A stretch of DNA of 64,000 nt from an uncultured Magnetococcales bacterium (GTDB taxonomy: Bacteria; Pseudomonadota; Alphaproteobacteria; UBA2136; JAPKEQ01). The notes under the pieces are model-generated. The model saw only the letters and a program-made list of their open reading frames with translations, was not told the origin of the DNA and made no database searches. Below are positions 1 through 9,664 of this stretch, piece by piece. The stretch covers positions 943-64,942 of the forward strand of contig CAXHDG010000012.1 in NCBI GenBank assembly GCA_964015495.1, written 5' to 3'. The stretch's first letter is position 1, and every line of letters starts with the position of its first letter. Both the position numbers and the translations under genes were made by a program.

Positions 1-519
1 TTTAAAGTTGTCTTCGGCACCAATTGGCATTTGAATAGGAACAGCTGTCGCGTTTAGGCGATCGCGGATCATCTCAACACCTTGGTCAAAATCTGCACCA
101 GTACGGTCCATTTTGTTAATAAAGCAAAGACGAGGCACACCGTAGTTGTTTGCGTGGCGCCAGTTTGTTTCAGACTGAGGCTCAACACCACCTACTGAAC
201 AAAAGACTGCAACCAAACCATCAAGTACACGTACAGAACGTTTTACTTCAATGTTGAAGTCAACGTGTCCTGGTGTATCAATAATGTTAATTTGGTAGTC
301 TTTCCAAGAACAAGTTGTTGCAGCAGAGGTAATTGTAATACCACGTTCCTGCTCTTGCTCCATCCAGTCCATAGTCGCGGCACCATCGTGTACTTCACCA
401 ATTTTGTGCTCACGGCCAGTGTAAAATAGAATACGTTCTGTTGTCGTTGTTTTACCAGCATCAACGTGGGCCATAATCCCGATGTTTCTGCAATGGTCTA
501 AGGCATATTCACGAGCCAT
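1..519 (-). CDS. fusA: Elongation factor G, N-terminal part (runs off window start)
   Basis: Manual translation from ATG at 519: [31 protein letters not shown]...[10 protein letters not shown]...DTPGHVDF...NKMDR. AGGAG RBS; follows rpsG. Confidence 0.97.
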   Translation of the reverse strand, partial: MAREYALDHCRNIGIMAHVDAGKTTTTERILFYTGREHKIGEVHDGAATMDWMEQEQERGITITSAATTCSWKDYQINIIDTPGHVDFNIEVKRSVRVLDGLVAVFCSVGGVEPQSETNWRHANNYGVPRLCFINKMDRTGADFDQGVEMIRDRLNATAVPIQMPIGAEDNFK

Positions 520-575
520 TGTTTTCTCCTTGTGTGCGATTCAATTGCACCGATTATTAAAGATTTTTTTCTTAA

Positions 576-610
576 GTAAAAAGTGGGGCGAGCGCATGCG
601 CCCGCCCCAA
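576..610 (-). terminator. Intrinsic terminator-like hairpin between rpsG and fusA
   Basis: Minus-strand RNA GGGGCGGGCG-CAUG-CGCUCGCCCC followed by ACUUUUUA. Confidence 0.6.
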
Positions 611-617
611 AGTTTGG

Positions 618-1474
<857 letters not shown>

Positions 1475-1479
1475 TATTT

Positions 1480-1645
1480 TCACCTTTTCTGTTAACTTCA
1501 ATCACCCATTAGCACCAGCATCATAAAATGATATACCGCATGCACCACCTTTTTTGTGGCGGGTGTCTTTACTGTTTTTGCTTCAATTAATACATTGAAA
1601 ACAATCACTTAACATTTACCCATTTCTAAGCAGAGTAAAGTGATA
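1480..1645 (-). promoter_or_regulatory. Structured rpsL 5' leader (candidate autoregulatory element)
   Basis: About 170 nt between the promoter and the ATG, with several hairpins including CACCC...GGGUG enclosing two inner stems. Confidence 0.5.
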
Positions 1646-1650
1646 GAGCT

Positions 1651-1679
1651 CTTATAGAGGAGAGAGGGCCAATTGTCAA
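1651..1679 (-). promoter_or_regulatory. Sigma70-type promoter of the str operon
   Basis: Minus strand TTGACA (1679-1674), 17 nt spacer, TATAAG (1656-1651). Confidence 0.7.
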
Positions 1680-1725
1680 GTCTAGCCGCCATATTTTATA
1701 TAATCTATTCAGAGAGATAAACGGC

Positions 1726-2313
1726 CTAAAAAGAAGGTGTCAGTGCAGAAATCATCACCCAGCTTGCGCCTGGCGCGCGCTGACAAAATAGACCTCTTGT
1801 TTTATGTTGCTGAGCGCCGCCTGTGACCAGCACCACAGCATCCCTACATCTGCCGCCACTATAATGAGGCTGGTAAATTGGCGAATTCGGTTTAAATAAG
1901 AAATTTTGCACTCCAGCCTTCCAACGCACCTCACCTCCAGGCGGGGTTGTTTCAAGGGCATCCTCAAGACGTTTCCTTTGAAGCGCTCCAGAAAAAACAA
2001 AGCCACTACCTAAGCCGCCCTCAGAAGGAACCCACAATGAAAATCCTCGTGCATCGCCCTGCTCTTGCTCCAAAGGTATAATAGCTTCCACTTGCATATC
2101 CGCCTTTGCTTCATCTAATGCAGAAATATAAGAGTGAACAATGCCAGCACTTTCAGGTGTGACAGCTTCTTCACGGCCCGCGCTTACATATGGCTGAGCA
2201 AGAGGATGGTTGCTTGAGTAACGGTGACCATTATCATTATAAGAATAGTAATGCCCACAAGCTGACAAGGTAGCAGCAAGACCGATTATTGGAATGAGCG
2301 TTAAAAATTTCAT
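1726..2313 (-). CDS. Lipoprotein with 17-kDa surface antigen (RT0821/Lpp0805)-like C-terminal domain
   Basis: Lipobox LSAC. C-terminal ALETTPPGGEVRW...GRCRD...GLFCQ...W pattern. Confidence 0.65.
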   Translation of the reverse strand: MKFLTLIPIIGLAATLSACGHYYSYNDNGHRYSSNHPLAQPYVSAGREEAVTPESAGIVHSYISALDEAKADMQVEAIIPLEQEQGDARGFSLWVPSEGGLGSGFVFSGALQRKRLEDALETTPPGGEVRWKAGVQNFLFKPNSPIYQPHYSGGRCRDAVVLVTGGAQQHKTRGLFCQRAPGASWVMISALTPSF

Positions 2314-2445
2314 ACCCGCTAGTTTAACAAAAAAAATTTATTTCGCTACCCTTCTCTTGCACAATGAACAAAAACACCCTACAGTTTATGTATACATCAA
2401 ACTTCTCTTACCTTCCTCCACCCCTTACCATAAGGAATCCCTCCT

Positions 2446-2841
2446 ATGATTGCTCACTACACCCGCGTGGCAATCAAACACGCCCAAATTATCAACACAT
2501 TCTCCGACTGTGACCTTAAACTCAGGTTTATAGAAGGCGCAAAACCGCCATACCTTGAACTCTCACTTGATGGTCGTTGCGTTGAAAAACGCTTATTGCC
2601 AGACCTTAATGCTGTAAGCGCTCAGGACCTTATCGGCAAACACATTTGGATTGCCATCATAAGCGAACCCGGCGAGCCCATTGGTTGCCGTGGATGGGAA
2701 TACATTCGCCCCTACAAAAAAGGCGACAACATTCTTGATATTCAAAGGTTGCCAGTCCCCAAACCAGCATCCAACTGGGAACTCCTTGCGCGCATATCGC
2801 AAAACCTTCGCAACAGAGGCCCTCAGCCTCCCTTCCAATAA
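2446..2841 (+). CDS. Hypothetical protein (131 aa)
   Basis: Fills the intergenic gap and has TAAGGA upstream; no recognisable motif. Confidence 0.55.
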   Translation: MIAHYTRVAIKHAQIINTFSDCDLKLRFIEGAKPPYLELSLDGRCVEKRLLPDLNAVSAQDLIGKHIWIAIISEPGEPIGCRGWEYIRPYKKGDNILDIQRLPVPKPASNWELLARISQNLRNRGPQPPFQ

Positions 2842-2864
2842 TCGATTTCAAGAAAATGCATCCA

Positions 2865-3662
2865 TTACGGGCGCATTTTTTTTTGCAGAACCTCATAGGC
2901 TGCATTGATTTCAGCAATTTTGATTTCCGCTTTTTGGATTTGCTTTTCACTTTTGCCTGCTGCGCGCACTTTATCTGGATGATATTGATGAGCCAGTTTC
3001 CTGTAAGCTTTTTTAAGATCAACAGCAGAAACGCTCTGCTTCACCCCTAAAACAGCATAAGGGCTTTTATTCCCATAAGCGCGCGTTACGAGCGGGTCAT
3101 CCTCAATATCTCCCCCTTTTTTCTCAGAAGATTTTGTCGTTTTTTTAGAAGCATGCCCGCCCTTAGTCTTTATATTGGCCCAAACAACAGGAGGAAGATC
3201 AAAAGCTTTTAAAAGTTCCTCAACTCTTGCCCTGCCAGCACTGCCTTGCAACACTCCAAGCTGAACAGCAACACTCCCAACAATAGAAAGCATGTAAGGG
3301 TCAGCATCGCAGGAGGTCTTCATATCATCAACAAGTGCAGAAAAATTCCTATGGCTCTTTTTTGCTTGCCGCATAATACGGTTCGCTACAGATTTATCCT
3401 TTGCTGAAATATAGACACCAGCCTGAATTGCTTGCAGGTCTGCCTGCGTTACACGCCCTTTAGCTTTTGCTATAAAAGTTAATATCTGCAAAAAATGCAC
3501 AGAAAACTCTTGCATCCAAAAAGATTCTTTAGATTTTTTAAGCTGGCGTTTCAGGTACAATTCATCCACCAAGATACCAAAAATTAAGCCAATAAGCACG
3601 CCTTGTGGAAACCAGTCCACCATTAAACCAGCAAATACTCCAACAACCTTCCCTGCAATCAC
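2865..3662 (-). CDS. djlA: DjlA-like co-chaperone (TM + TerB-like + J domain)
   Basis: N-terminal [16 protein letters not shown]-terminal J domain PYAVLGV...[15 protein letters not shown]...EINAAYE. Confidence 0.85.
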   Translation of the reverse strand: MIAGKVVGVFAGLMVDWFPQGVLIGLIFGILVDELYLKRQLKKSKESFWMQEFSVHFLQILTFIAKAKGRVTQADLQAIQAGVYISAKDKSVANRIMRQAKKSHRNFSALVDDMKTSCDADPYMLSIVGSVAVQLGVLQGSAGRARVEELLKAFDLPPVVWANIKTKGGHASKKTTKSSEKKGGDIEDDPLVTRAYGNKSPYAVLGVKQSVSAVDLKKAYRKLAHQYHPDKVRAAGKSEKQIQKAEIKIAEINAAYEVLQKKMRP

Positions 3663-3784
3663 TCTTAAAAAACTCTCTTTTTTAACTTAAATCCATTTCA
3701 AGGAGTCATGAAACTTGACGTTCACTCAAGCACGCGTTTATTATGCACGAAGGTACAGACATTTTAAGAAAAAAGGTAAAATTC

Positions 3785-4318
3785 ATGTCCCCTTCTACAC
3801 GCGCATTTATGGTTTTAGTCCTTATTGCTGATTTTTTTGCCATTATTTATTTTGGCGGACACTTTGTTATTACGGGTGCCGTCCTTCCACATAACGCTCA
3901 TGCAGAAGAAAACATGATTGCCAAAGCCGAAGATCCTGGCAGCAGTGCAGGCCACGGTATAAAGGTTGCTGAAGTCGCTCCTTTTGATATTCATACATTT
4001 GAAGCTGACGCCGCCAAAGGCGCTAAAGTTTCTGGTAAGTGTAAAGCTTGTCACAGCTTTAACAGCGGCGGTAAAAACTCAATTGGCCCAAACTTATGGG
4101 GCATTTTCAATTCACCTATTATGAATAACAGTGAATTTTCTTACAGTGCGGCCTTCCAAGGTAAAAAAGGAGAGCTTGTTTGGGATAAAGACGCCCTTAA
4201 TGACTACCTTAAAAATCCTAAGAAATATATTAAGGGTACAAAAATGGCCTTTCCTGGTATCAGAAAAGATGCCGATCGTGCCCATCTCATTGCATGGCTT
4301 GAGACACTGTCAGAATAA
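3785..4318 (+). CDS. Membrane-anchored class I cytochrome c (CycM/c2-like)
   Basis: N-terminal TM, CKACH heme motif, GPNLWG, GTKMAFPG axial Met. Start set at MSPST. Confidence 0.92.
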   Translation: MSPSTRAFMVLVLIADFFAIIYFGGHFVITGAVLPHNAHAEENMIAKAEDPGSSAGHGIKVAEVAPFDIHTFEADAAKGAKVSGKCKACHSFNSGGKNSIGPNLWGIFNSPIMNNSEFSYSAAFQGKKGELVWDKDALNDYLKNPKKYIKGTKMAFPGIRKDADRAHLIAWLETLSE

Positions 4319-4337
4319 CCCCCTGACATAAAACAGG

Positions 4338-4376
4338 AAAAGGAGTGTAACGAGTCGTTACATTCCTTTTTTGTTT
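4338..4376 (+). terminator. Intrinsic terminator after cytochrome c
   Basis: AAAAGGAGTGTAACG-AGT-CGTTACATTCCTTTT followed by TTGTTT. Confidence 0.8.
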
Positions 4377-4504
4377 GCAAAACTATCACACAACATTGTT
4401 TTAATTGGTATTTTTGCTGGCCACATGTCTTTTTTTACTACATGTCAGTTACAATTAGAATGTAACGTCATAATACAATGCAACTTATCGACTGGAGAAA
4501 AATT

Positions 4505-5074
4505 ATGTTGAGTTTAAAAAAATTTAAAAATCAAAAAGGTGCCATGTTTGGTCTAGATGCTCGTGTCGCCCTTGCAATTTTTGGTGGTCTTTCTGTTATT
4601 GCTGGTGCTGCAGTATTCAGTAGTATTAGTGAAACACGTGTAACGTCACTTATCACAGAGTTTGATAACGTTTCAAAAGGTTACATCAACTACGTATTTG
4701 ATACAGGTGTTGATACACTTACTTTTGACGACATGCTCGCTGACCCAGGTAACCCTGTTGTTGGTTGGTCTGGCCCATACCTAACAGTAGCCAGTGATAA
4801 CCAAACAACATACGGCACTTACAGCTATGACGAAGGCCCAGATTCTGCTGGTGCAGACCCTACAAGTAACGCTTGCGCCACAATCTGTTATGTATGGCTA
4901 GAGCTTACTGGCGTTCCAACATCAATTGCCATTAGCGTTGATAACGCTATTGATGGAGATGATACACCTATAACAGGTACACCAACAGCAGGTAATTTCC
5001 GATTCGTAGATACTGCCGGAACATCTGTAACACGCTTTAAACTATCTCGTTGCCAAACTGCAACCTGCGTATAA
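4505..5074 (+). CDS. Putative major type IV pilin/pseudopilin with atypical class III signal
   Basis: Basic leader KKFKNQKG, then AMFGLDARVAL and a hydrophobic helix, YVFDTG, four Cys. GGAGA RBS, own terminator, first gene before the ATPase. Confidence 0.8.
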   Translation: MLSLKKFKNQKGAMFGLDARVALAIFGGLSVIAGAAVFSSISETRVTSLITEFDNVSKGYINYVFDTGVDTLTFDDMLADPGNPVVGWSGPYLTVASDNQTTYGTYSYDEGPDSAGADPTSNACATICYVWLELTGVPTSIAISVDNAIDGDDTPITGTPTAGNFRFVDTAGTSVTRFKLSRCQTATCV

Positions 5075-5115
5075 TTTAAGCCTACCTCTTAAATTTGTGC
5101 TTATTTAGCAACGGC

Positions 5116-5150
5116 GAAAACGGCCTCGTAACATATGCGAGGCCGTTTTC
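5116..5150 (+). terminator. Terminator hairpin after the pilin gene
   Basis: GAAAACGGCCTCG...CGAGGCCGTTTTC perfect inverted repeat. Confidence 0.75.
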
Positions 5151-5233
5151 ATGTCTAATACACAGAGAAAGGTTGAGTTCTGCCCCTCTTCTTTGCCATA
5201 ATAGAATATAAGAAAAAGAAAGCGATGTAATAG

Positions 5234-6931
5234 ATGGACATTGTCGATCTCATGATCAGTGATCAGGTGATCAACATAGCAGACCTACAAGGTCTGCCTG
5301 TTACTGTGCAAAAAGATCCAGAACAACTTATTGATGCCCTTGGTAAGGCCGGTAAGCTTTCTGAGATGCAACAGTCTCGTTACAAGGCTATCGCTTATGA
5401 TTACCCTGTCAGAACAGATGAAGAGATGTCCAGAACCACACCTCACCAAGTGGACGGGGTCAACGCTGACTTTATGAACTTTTATACCGCCTGCCCTATT
5501 GAACTTGGGCGCGGTGCGATCACTTGGGCTTCCGCAGACTTGCCTAACAAACGCCTCCTAAGCGAAATTGTGCTCAGGCACCGTAAAAACAGGCATCAGT
5601 TTGTATGGGCTTCTGCAAAATCTATTGAATCTGCCATCGAGCGCATGTCTAAGCGTGAAGGGCATTCCCTTAAGTTTCTTGTGGAAACAGCTTACGCACA
5701 AATTAACGCAGGTAATGACGATGCAATTGTCCACCTAACTGATGAAATCATCAGAACAGCTTACAAAAACAATGCATCAGATCTACACATTGAAATTTTG
5801 AACCGTAAGCCTACGGTTATGGCACGTATTGATGGTGAACTTGAAGAACTTGTACCGCTTCCTATTGAAGTTTACGAGCGGGTTGTTGGTCGCTTACGTC
5901 ACATGGCCGGCGTGCGTGCTGAAAACTATAAAAAACCGCTCTACGGACGTATGACATTTGAACTTTCTGCCCGTCAACACATTGATATTCGTTATACAAC
6001 GCAGCCCATTACCCTTGAGAGCACAGCAAAAATTGCAATGCGTTTCCTAAAACCATTTGAAGGTAGTATTGATAACTTCGGTTGGCGTAAAGATAGCATT
6101 GACAGGCTTGATGTTCTTATGCGTTTTGAGGAAGGCTGTATTATTTTTGCAGGACCTACGGGTTCTGGTAAATCAACAGGCGCACGTATGATTATCCGCC
6201 GCGGCCAGCGCCCGGGTCAAAACGTAATTTCATACGAAAAGCAAATTGAGGAACGTATGGATAACGTAATCCAGACGGAAGAAGACCTGAGCGCAGGCCT
6301 AAACCTTGAATCGTTCATGTATGCTGCCCTTGGTCTTGACCCTGATGTTCTCTTTATTGGTGAGGTACGTAGCCCAGAAGATACGCGCCGATGCATTGAT
6401 GCGGGTAACCTTGGTCACCTTGTTATTACAACCATGCACGCCAACGACACATTTATGACCCTTGACCGTCTTGTGCAGCGCGGTGTGCCTGTGGAGCAAA
6501 TTTTTTCTAATGTTCGCGGCATTATCGCCCAAAGGCTCGTTAAAAGGCTCTGCAACAAATGTAAAGTTCCACTTGAACTTGATGCTGAATTTACGGAACA
6601 GCTGAATAGTTTACGCCCCCTTGATTTTAAAGAGGGTGACGTTATTTATAAAGCCAATGTTAATGGTTGTGAACATTGTCGCCATAGAGGATATATTGGC
6701 CGTATTGCTATTGAAGAAATTTTAGAGTTATGGCGTAAAGATATTACCCGCAATATTTGGACAAGCACAGCGCTTAGACCTGATTGGATTGATATTATCC
6801 GTAAGCAAGCTGTAGAAATTGGAATGCCCGATATGCTGACGCAGGGTATTTCTCAAGTAAAAACTGGGGTAACATCCCTTGAAGAACTAGAAAGATTTTT
6901 CAGTGCAGATTTGGAAACAATTCAGTCGTGA
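5234..6931 (+). CDS. PilB/GspE-family extension ATPase (divergent)
   Basis: ASDLHIE, RIDGEL, Walker A GPTGSGKST, DPDVLFIGEVR, His box GHLVITTMHAND, AQRLVKRLCNKC...CEHC Zn motif, GYIGRIAIEEIL. Confidence 0.93.
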   Translation: MDIVDLMISDQVINIADLQGLPVTVQKDPEQLIDALGKAGKLSEMQQSRYKAIAYDYPVRTDEEMSRTTPHQVDGVNADFMNFYTACPIELGRGAITWASADLPNKRLLSEIVLRHRKNRHQFVWASAKSIESAIERMSKREGHSLKFLVETAYAQINAGNDDAIVHLTDEIIRTAYKNNASDLHIEILNRKPTVMARIDGELEELVPLPIEVYERVVGRLRHMAGVRAENYKKPLYGRMTFELSARQHIDIRYTTQPITLESTAKIAMRFLKPFEGSIDNFGWRKDSIDRLDVLMRFEEGCIIFAGPTGSGKSTGARMIIRRGQRPGQNVISYEKQIEERMDNVIQTEEDLSAGLNLESFMYAALGLDPDVLFIGEVRSPEDTRRCIDAGNLGHLVITTMHANDTFMTLDRLVQRGVPVEQIFSNVRGIIAQRLVKRLCNKCKVPLELDAEFTEQLNSLRPLDFKEGDVIYKANVNGCEHCRHRGYIGRIAIEEILELWRKDITRNIWTSTALRPDWIDIIRKQAVEIGMPDMLTQGISQVKTGVTSLEELERFFSADLETIQS

Positions 6932-7997
6932 TGCTTTAGGCCCTCGGGTCACGGAAATGCGCGCACGCGATCGTGAACGCATGTTTTTCCTTATGTATCA
7001 GATGCTTAAATGTGGTCAAACCACAGAGTCAGCTGTGCGTGCCGTTGCGAAATCTTTCAGATCAGAAGGCAAGGAAGATATCTCTGCTGCACTTCATGCT
7101 ATTGCTCAAAAAGTTGCCCAAGGAAAGCCTATGAGTAAATCCATGGAAATGGAATATGTTATGTTTGACGATGTTCACCGCGCCGCTGTTATGGCAGGGG
7201 AAGCCTCAAACTACATGACAGAATCTTTTCATATTTTACAGGTTTTAGAGGATAAAAAAATTGCAGCTTCGCGCGCAGGACTGGCTGAACTCCTCACACC
7301 GATGCTTATGCTTTGCTTCAGTTTATTTTCTATTTTTAATACAGGCCTTAACACACTGCCTGTCCTTACACAGCTAAAAACTGCCCAAGGAAAAAGCCTT
7401 GGCGTAGCACCACGCATGGTTATGGATATGACGGGGTGGTGCGCAGAGCACTGGCATATTCTTCTCGCAATTGCTATTACACTTGGTATATCAGCTTACG
7501 CGGGCATTAAGTCAACTCAAGGGCGTTTTTGGTTAGATTACTACACCCTCCGCGTCCCTCTTATGGGTAAGTTTATCCGCTATAAAACCTATGCAAACAT
7601 GCTGCTTTATTTTCCGCACCTTGTAGAAAGTGGTGTAAAGCCAAAACAAATGATTCCAATCATGGAAGCCATGTCGACTAACATTGTTTTGCGTCGTAAA
7701 ATTGATGCTTTTAACCAAGTTATTACAACTGGTGGTAAAATGTCTGACGCTATGGAAAAAGCAGGGTTCCCAGGTTTGATTGTGACGCCTATTCGTGTAT
7801 CAGAAAACTATGCTGGTAGCGATACTGGTACCAACGATGTTATGATTGAAGGTATGAATCACGCTTATTCTATCTTAGAACGAGACTTAACCGATACGCA
7901 CAAGCGTTTCATTGGCACATTTTCGGTTATTTTATGGCTAATGGGTGGTGGCGTTATGCTACTTGAGATGATGTCAATTGTACTTGCACAGTCGTAG
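6903..7997 (+). CDS. PilC/GspF-family inner-membrane platform protein
   Basis: Two GspF-like repeats (KVAQGKPMSKSM...AGEAS; GGKMSDAMEKAGFP), three TMs, LRVPLMGKF; follows the ATPase. Confidence 0.85.
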   Translation: MQIWKQFSRDALGPRVTEMRARDRERMFFLMYQMLKCGQTTESAVRAVAKSFRSEGKEDISAALHAIAQKVAQGKPMSKSMEMEYVMFDDVHRAAVMAGEASNYMTESFHILQVLEDKKIAASRAGLAELLTPMLMLCFSLFSIFNTGLNTLPVLTQLKTAQGKSLGVAPRMVMDMTGWCAEHWHILLAIAITLGISAYAGIKSTQGRFWLDYYTLRVPLMGKFIRYKTYANMLLYFPHLVESGVKPKQMIPIMEAMSTNIVLRRKIDAFNQVITTGGKMSDAMEKAGFPGLIVTPIRVSENYAGSDTGTNDVMIEGMNHAYSILERDLTDTHKRFIGTFSVILWLMGGGVMLLEMMSIVLAQS

Positions 7998-8009
7998 GAG
8001 AACAAAAGC

Positions 8010-9170
8010 ATGCCTATGATTAAAAACCTTCTCGGACAACAGTTTAAAAACATTTGTTTTACTGGCTTGAACCGTGTGGAATACTTACCTGATGGGTCTG
8101 ACCAGCCTATTTTTGGTGATAGTTGGCAAGACGTATCTGATGATCAAGCGCGCCGTACAATGTGCCTCGCATTTTTTGCACCAAGAGATCTTTCAGGTGA
8201 ACCTGTTGATCCCGCATCAATTCTTATTGAGAATTACTCTGATGAGGATGTTCCTGATGCTATAGCAGCAGAAAGCATTAAACATATTCCTCTTATGGAT
8301 TATTGCCGTATGCCACCAGCTGACTCAAACACCGTAAACTTTATTGTTGTGGCAGATGTCATTTTCCATTGGGATATTAAAGACAACTACTTGCAGCCTA
8401 CATCCCAGCTTACATGGGTACAAGATATTAAGGCCATTTTAAAATCTTACCCAAGGAGTTACACTAAAAACGTTTATACTAACTGGCAAAAAGATAAGCT
8501 TGAAGAGCTTCGCGTTAATGTTCTTCCGCTGAGAGAATCTCCTGTTTTTAGCGAAGTTTGGCTTAACATGCCATCCTTTCAAGAAAAACACGGTAATATT
8601 ATGCTAACCTTAGGTATCTTGGTATCTCTTGTAGCCTTTGCAATCACCTACATGCAAGATATGAAAATCCAAGAACTGCAAGATCAAAAAAGATCTGTCG
8701 TTAGCTCTATGCCATCAGGGCAAAACTTTTCTGTCCTCTCAAATCTGATCCGTACGCAACAGCAAAACATGTCCTATAGAGAGTATTTCCCATTCATACT
8801 AAAAGATATTTCATACGCCATCCAATATTCAGGTATGAAAATTGATTCATTTGAATTAGAGGTCCCCAACCCTCAGGAAACACCTAAAAACCTCCTGCTG
8901 ACAATTAATGCCAATAGCGATGCTTATGATGGATGGCTTGAGGAAGAACCTGTGGCCAAATCATTCCTTGCACTTAGCAGTACTGTTCAAGCTGTAAGAC
9001 GTCAACCAGGAAGCAAGAAAATGAAACTTGAAGGTATTATTCCCCTCAGGTCTGCCATAAAAGAGATTCACCCTTACTTGCAGGAAGCAAGAAAGACAAG
9101 AGCCATTGGTAACCGTACTCTTGGTAATACCTCCGAGGAAAAAAACAAAGAGACTGGAGATGACTCATGA
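8010..9170 (+). CDS. Bitopic alignment-complex-like protein (PilM/PilN- or GspL-like)
   Basis: About 195 aa cytoplasmic part, one TM, coiled coil, then a periplasmic domain; position in the operon. No direct motif. Confidence 0.5.
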   Translation: MPMIKNLLGQQFKNICFTGLNRVEYLPDGSDQPIFGDSWQDVSDDQARRTMCLAFFAPRDLSGEPVDPASILIENYSDEDVPDAIAAESIKHIPLMDYCRMPPADSNTVNFIVVADVIFHWDIKDNYLQPTSQLTWVQDIKAILKSYPRSYTKNVYTNWQKDKLEELRVNVLPLRESPVFSEVWLNMPSFQEKHGNIMLTLGILVSLVAFAITYMQDMKIQELQDQKRSVVSSMPSGQNFSVLSNLIRTQQQNMSYREYFPFILKDISYAIQYSGMKIDSFELEVPNPQETPKNLLLTINANSDAYDGWLEEEPVAKSFLALSSTVQAVRRQPGSKKMKLEGIIPLRSAIKEIHPYLQEARKTRAIGNRTLGNTSEEKNKETGDDS

Positions 9171-9664
9171 TTCAGTTTACAATAGGCCTTGCACTTTTTG
9201 CTTTTGCCGCAATTCTTGGCACTTTTAAATCGTTTGAAAACGTGGATAAAATTCATGTAACCCAAAATAGCTTGCAAAGCTCTATGAGGGATAGAGATCG
9301 CATCCTAAAAATCCAAACTGATATTCAAAAAGCAGTACGTGAAACACTTGAAGCAGGACAGGATCAGAAAAACAATATTGAACGATTGTTTAACCTCGCC
9401 GAAAGAGATTTATCATTTAGCTTCATTGGTCAACCGGTTCAAAACCCTGCTGCACCGGGAATTTTTTATCACACCTACAGAATTACTGGCATTGAAACCT
9501 ATTCTAAAATTTCAGAACTGTTAACCCTTATCGCTTCAACTCCAGGGTTTTCTGTGTACAAAACATGCTTTAATTGCTCAAGAGTAAACCGTGAGCTCAA
9601 GCCTGGCCACCATATGATTACAATAGAAGGGCACCTATATGTTCATGACCCACGCCAGATTTAA
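9167..9664 (+). CDS. PilO/GspM-like bitopic protein
   Basis: N-terminal TM, coiled coil, 'YRITGIETYSKISELLTLI' resembles the PilO/GspM core; ATGA overlap with the previous gene. Confidence 0.55.
   Translation: MIQFTIGLALFAFAAILGTFKSFENVDKIHVTQNSLQSSMRDRDRILKIQTDIQKAVRETLEAGQDQKNNIERLFNLAERDLSFSFIGQPVQNPAAPGIFYHTYRITGIETYSKISELLTLIASTPGFSVYKTCFNCSRVNRELKPGHHMITIEGHLYVHDPRQI

Noticed and set aside
4400-4435. Sigma54 promoter for the pilin gene
   Set aside because: GG-to-GC spacing in TTGGTATTTTTGC is 8 nt rather than the required 10.
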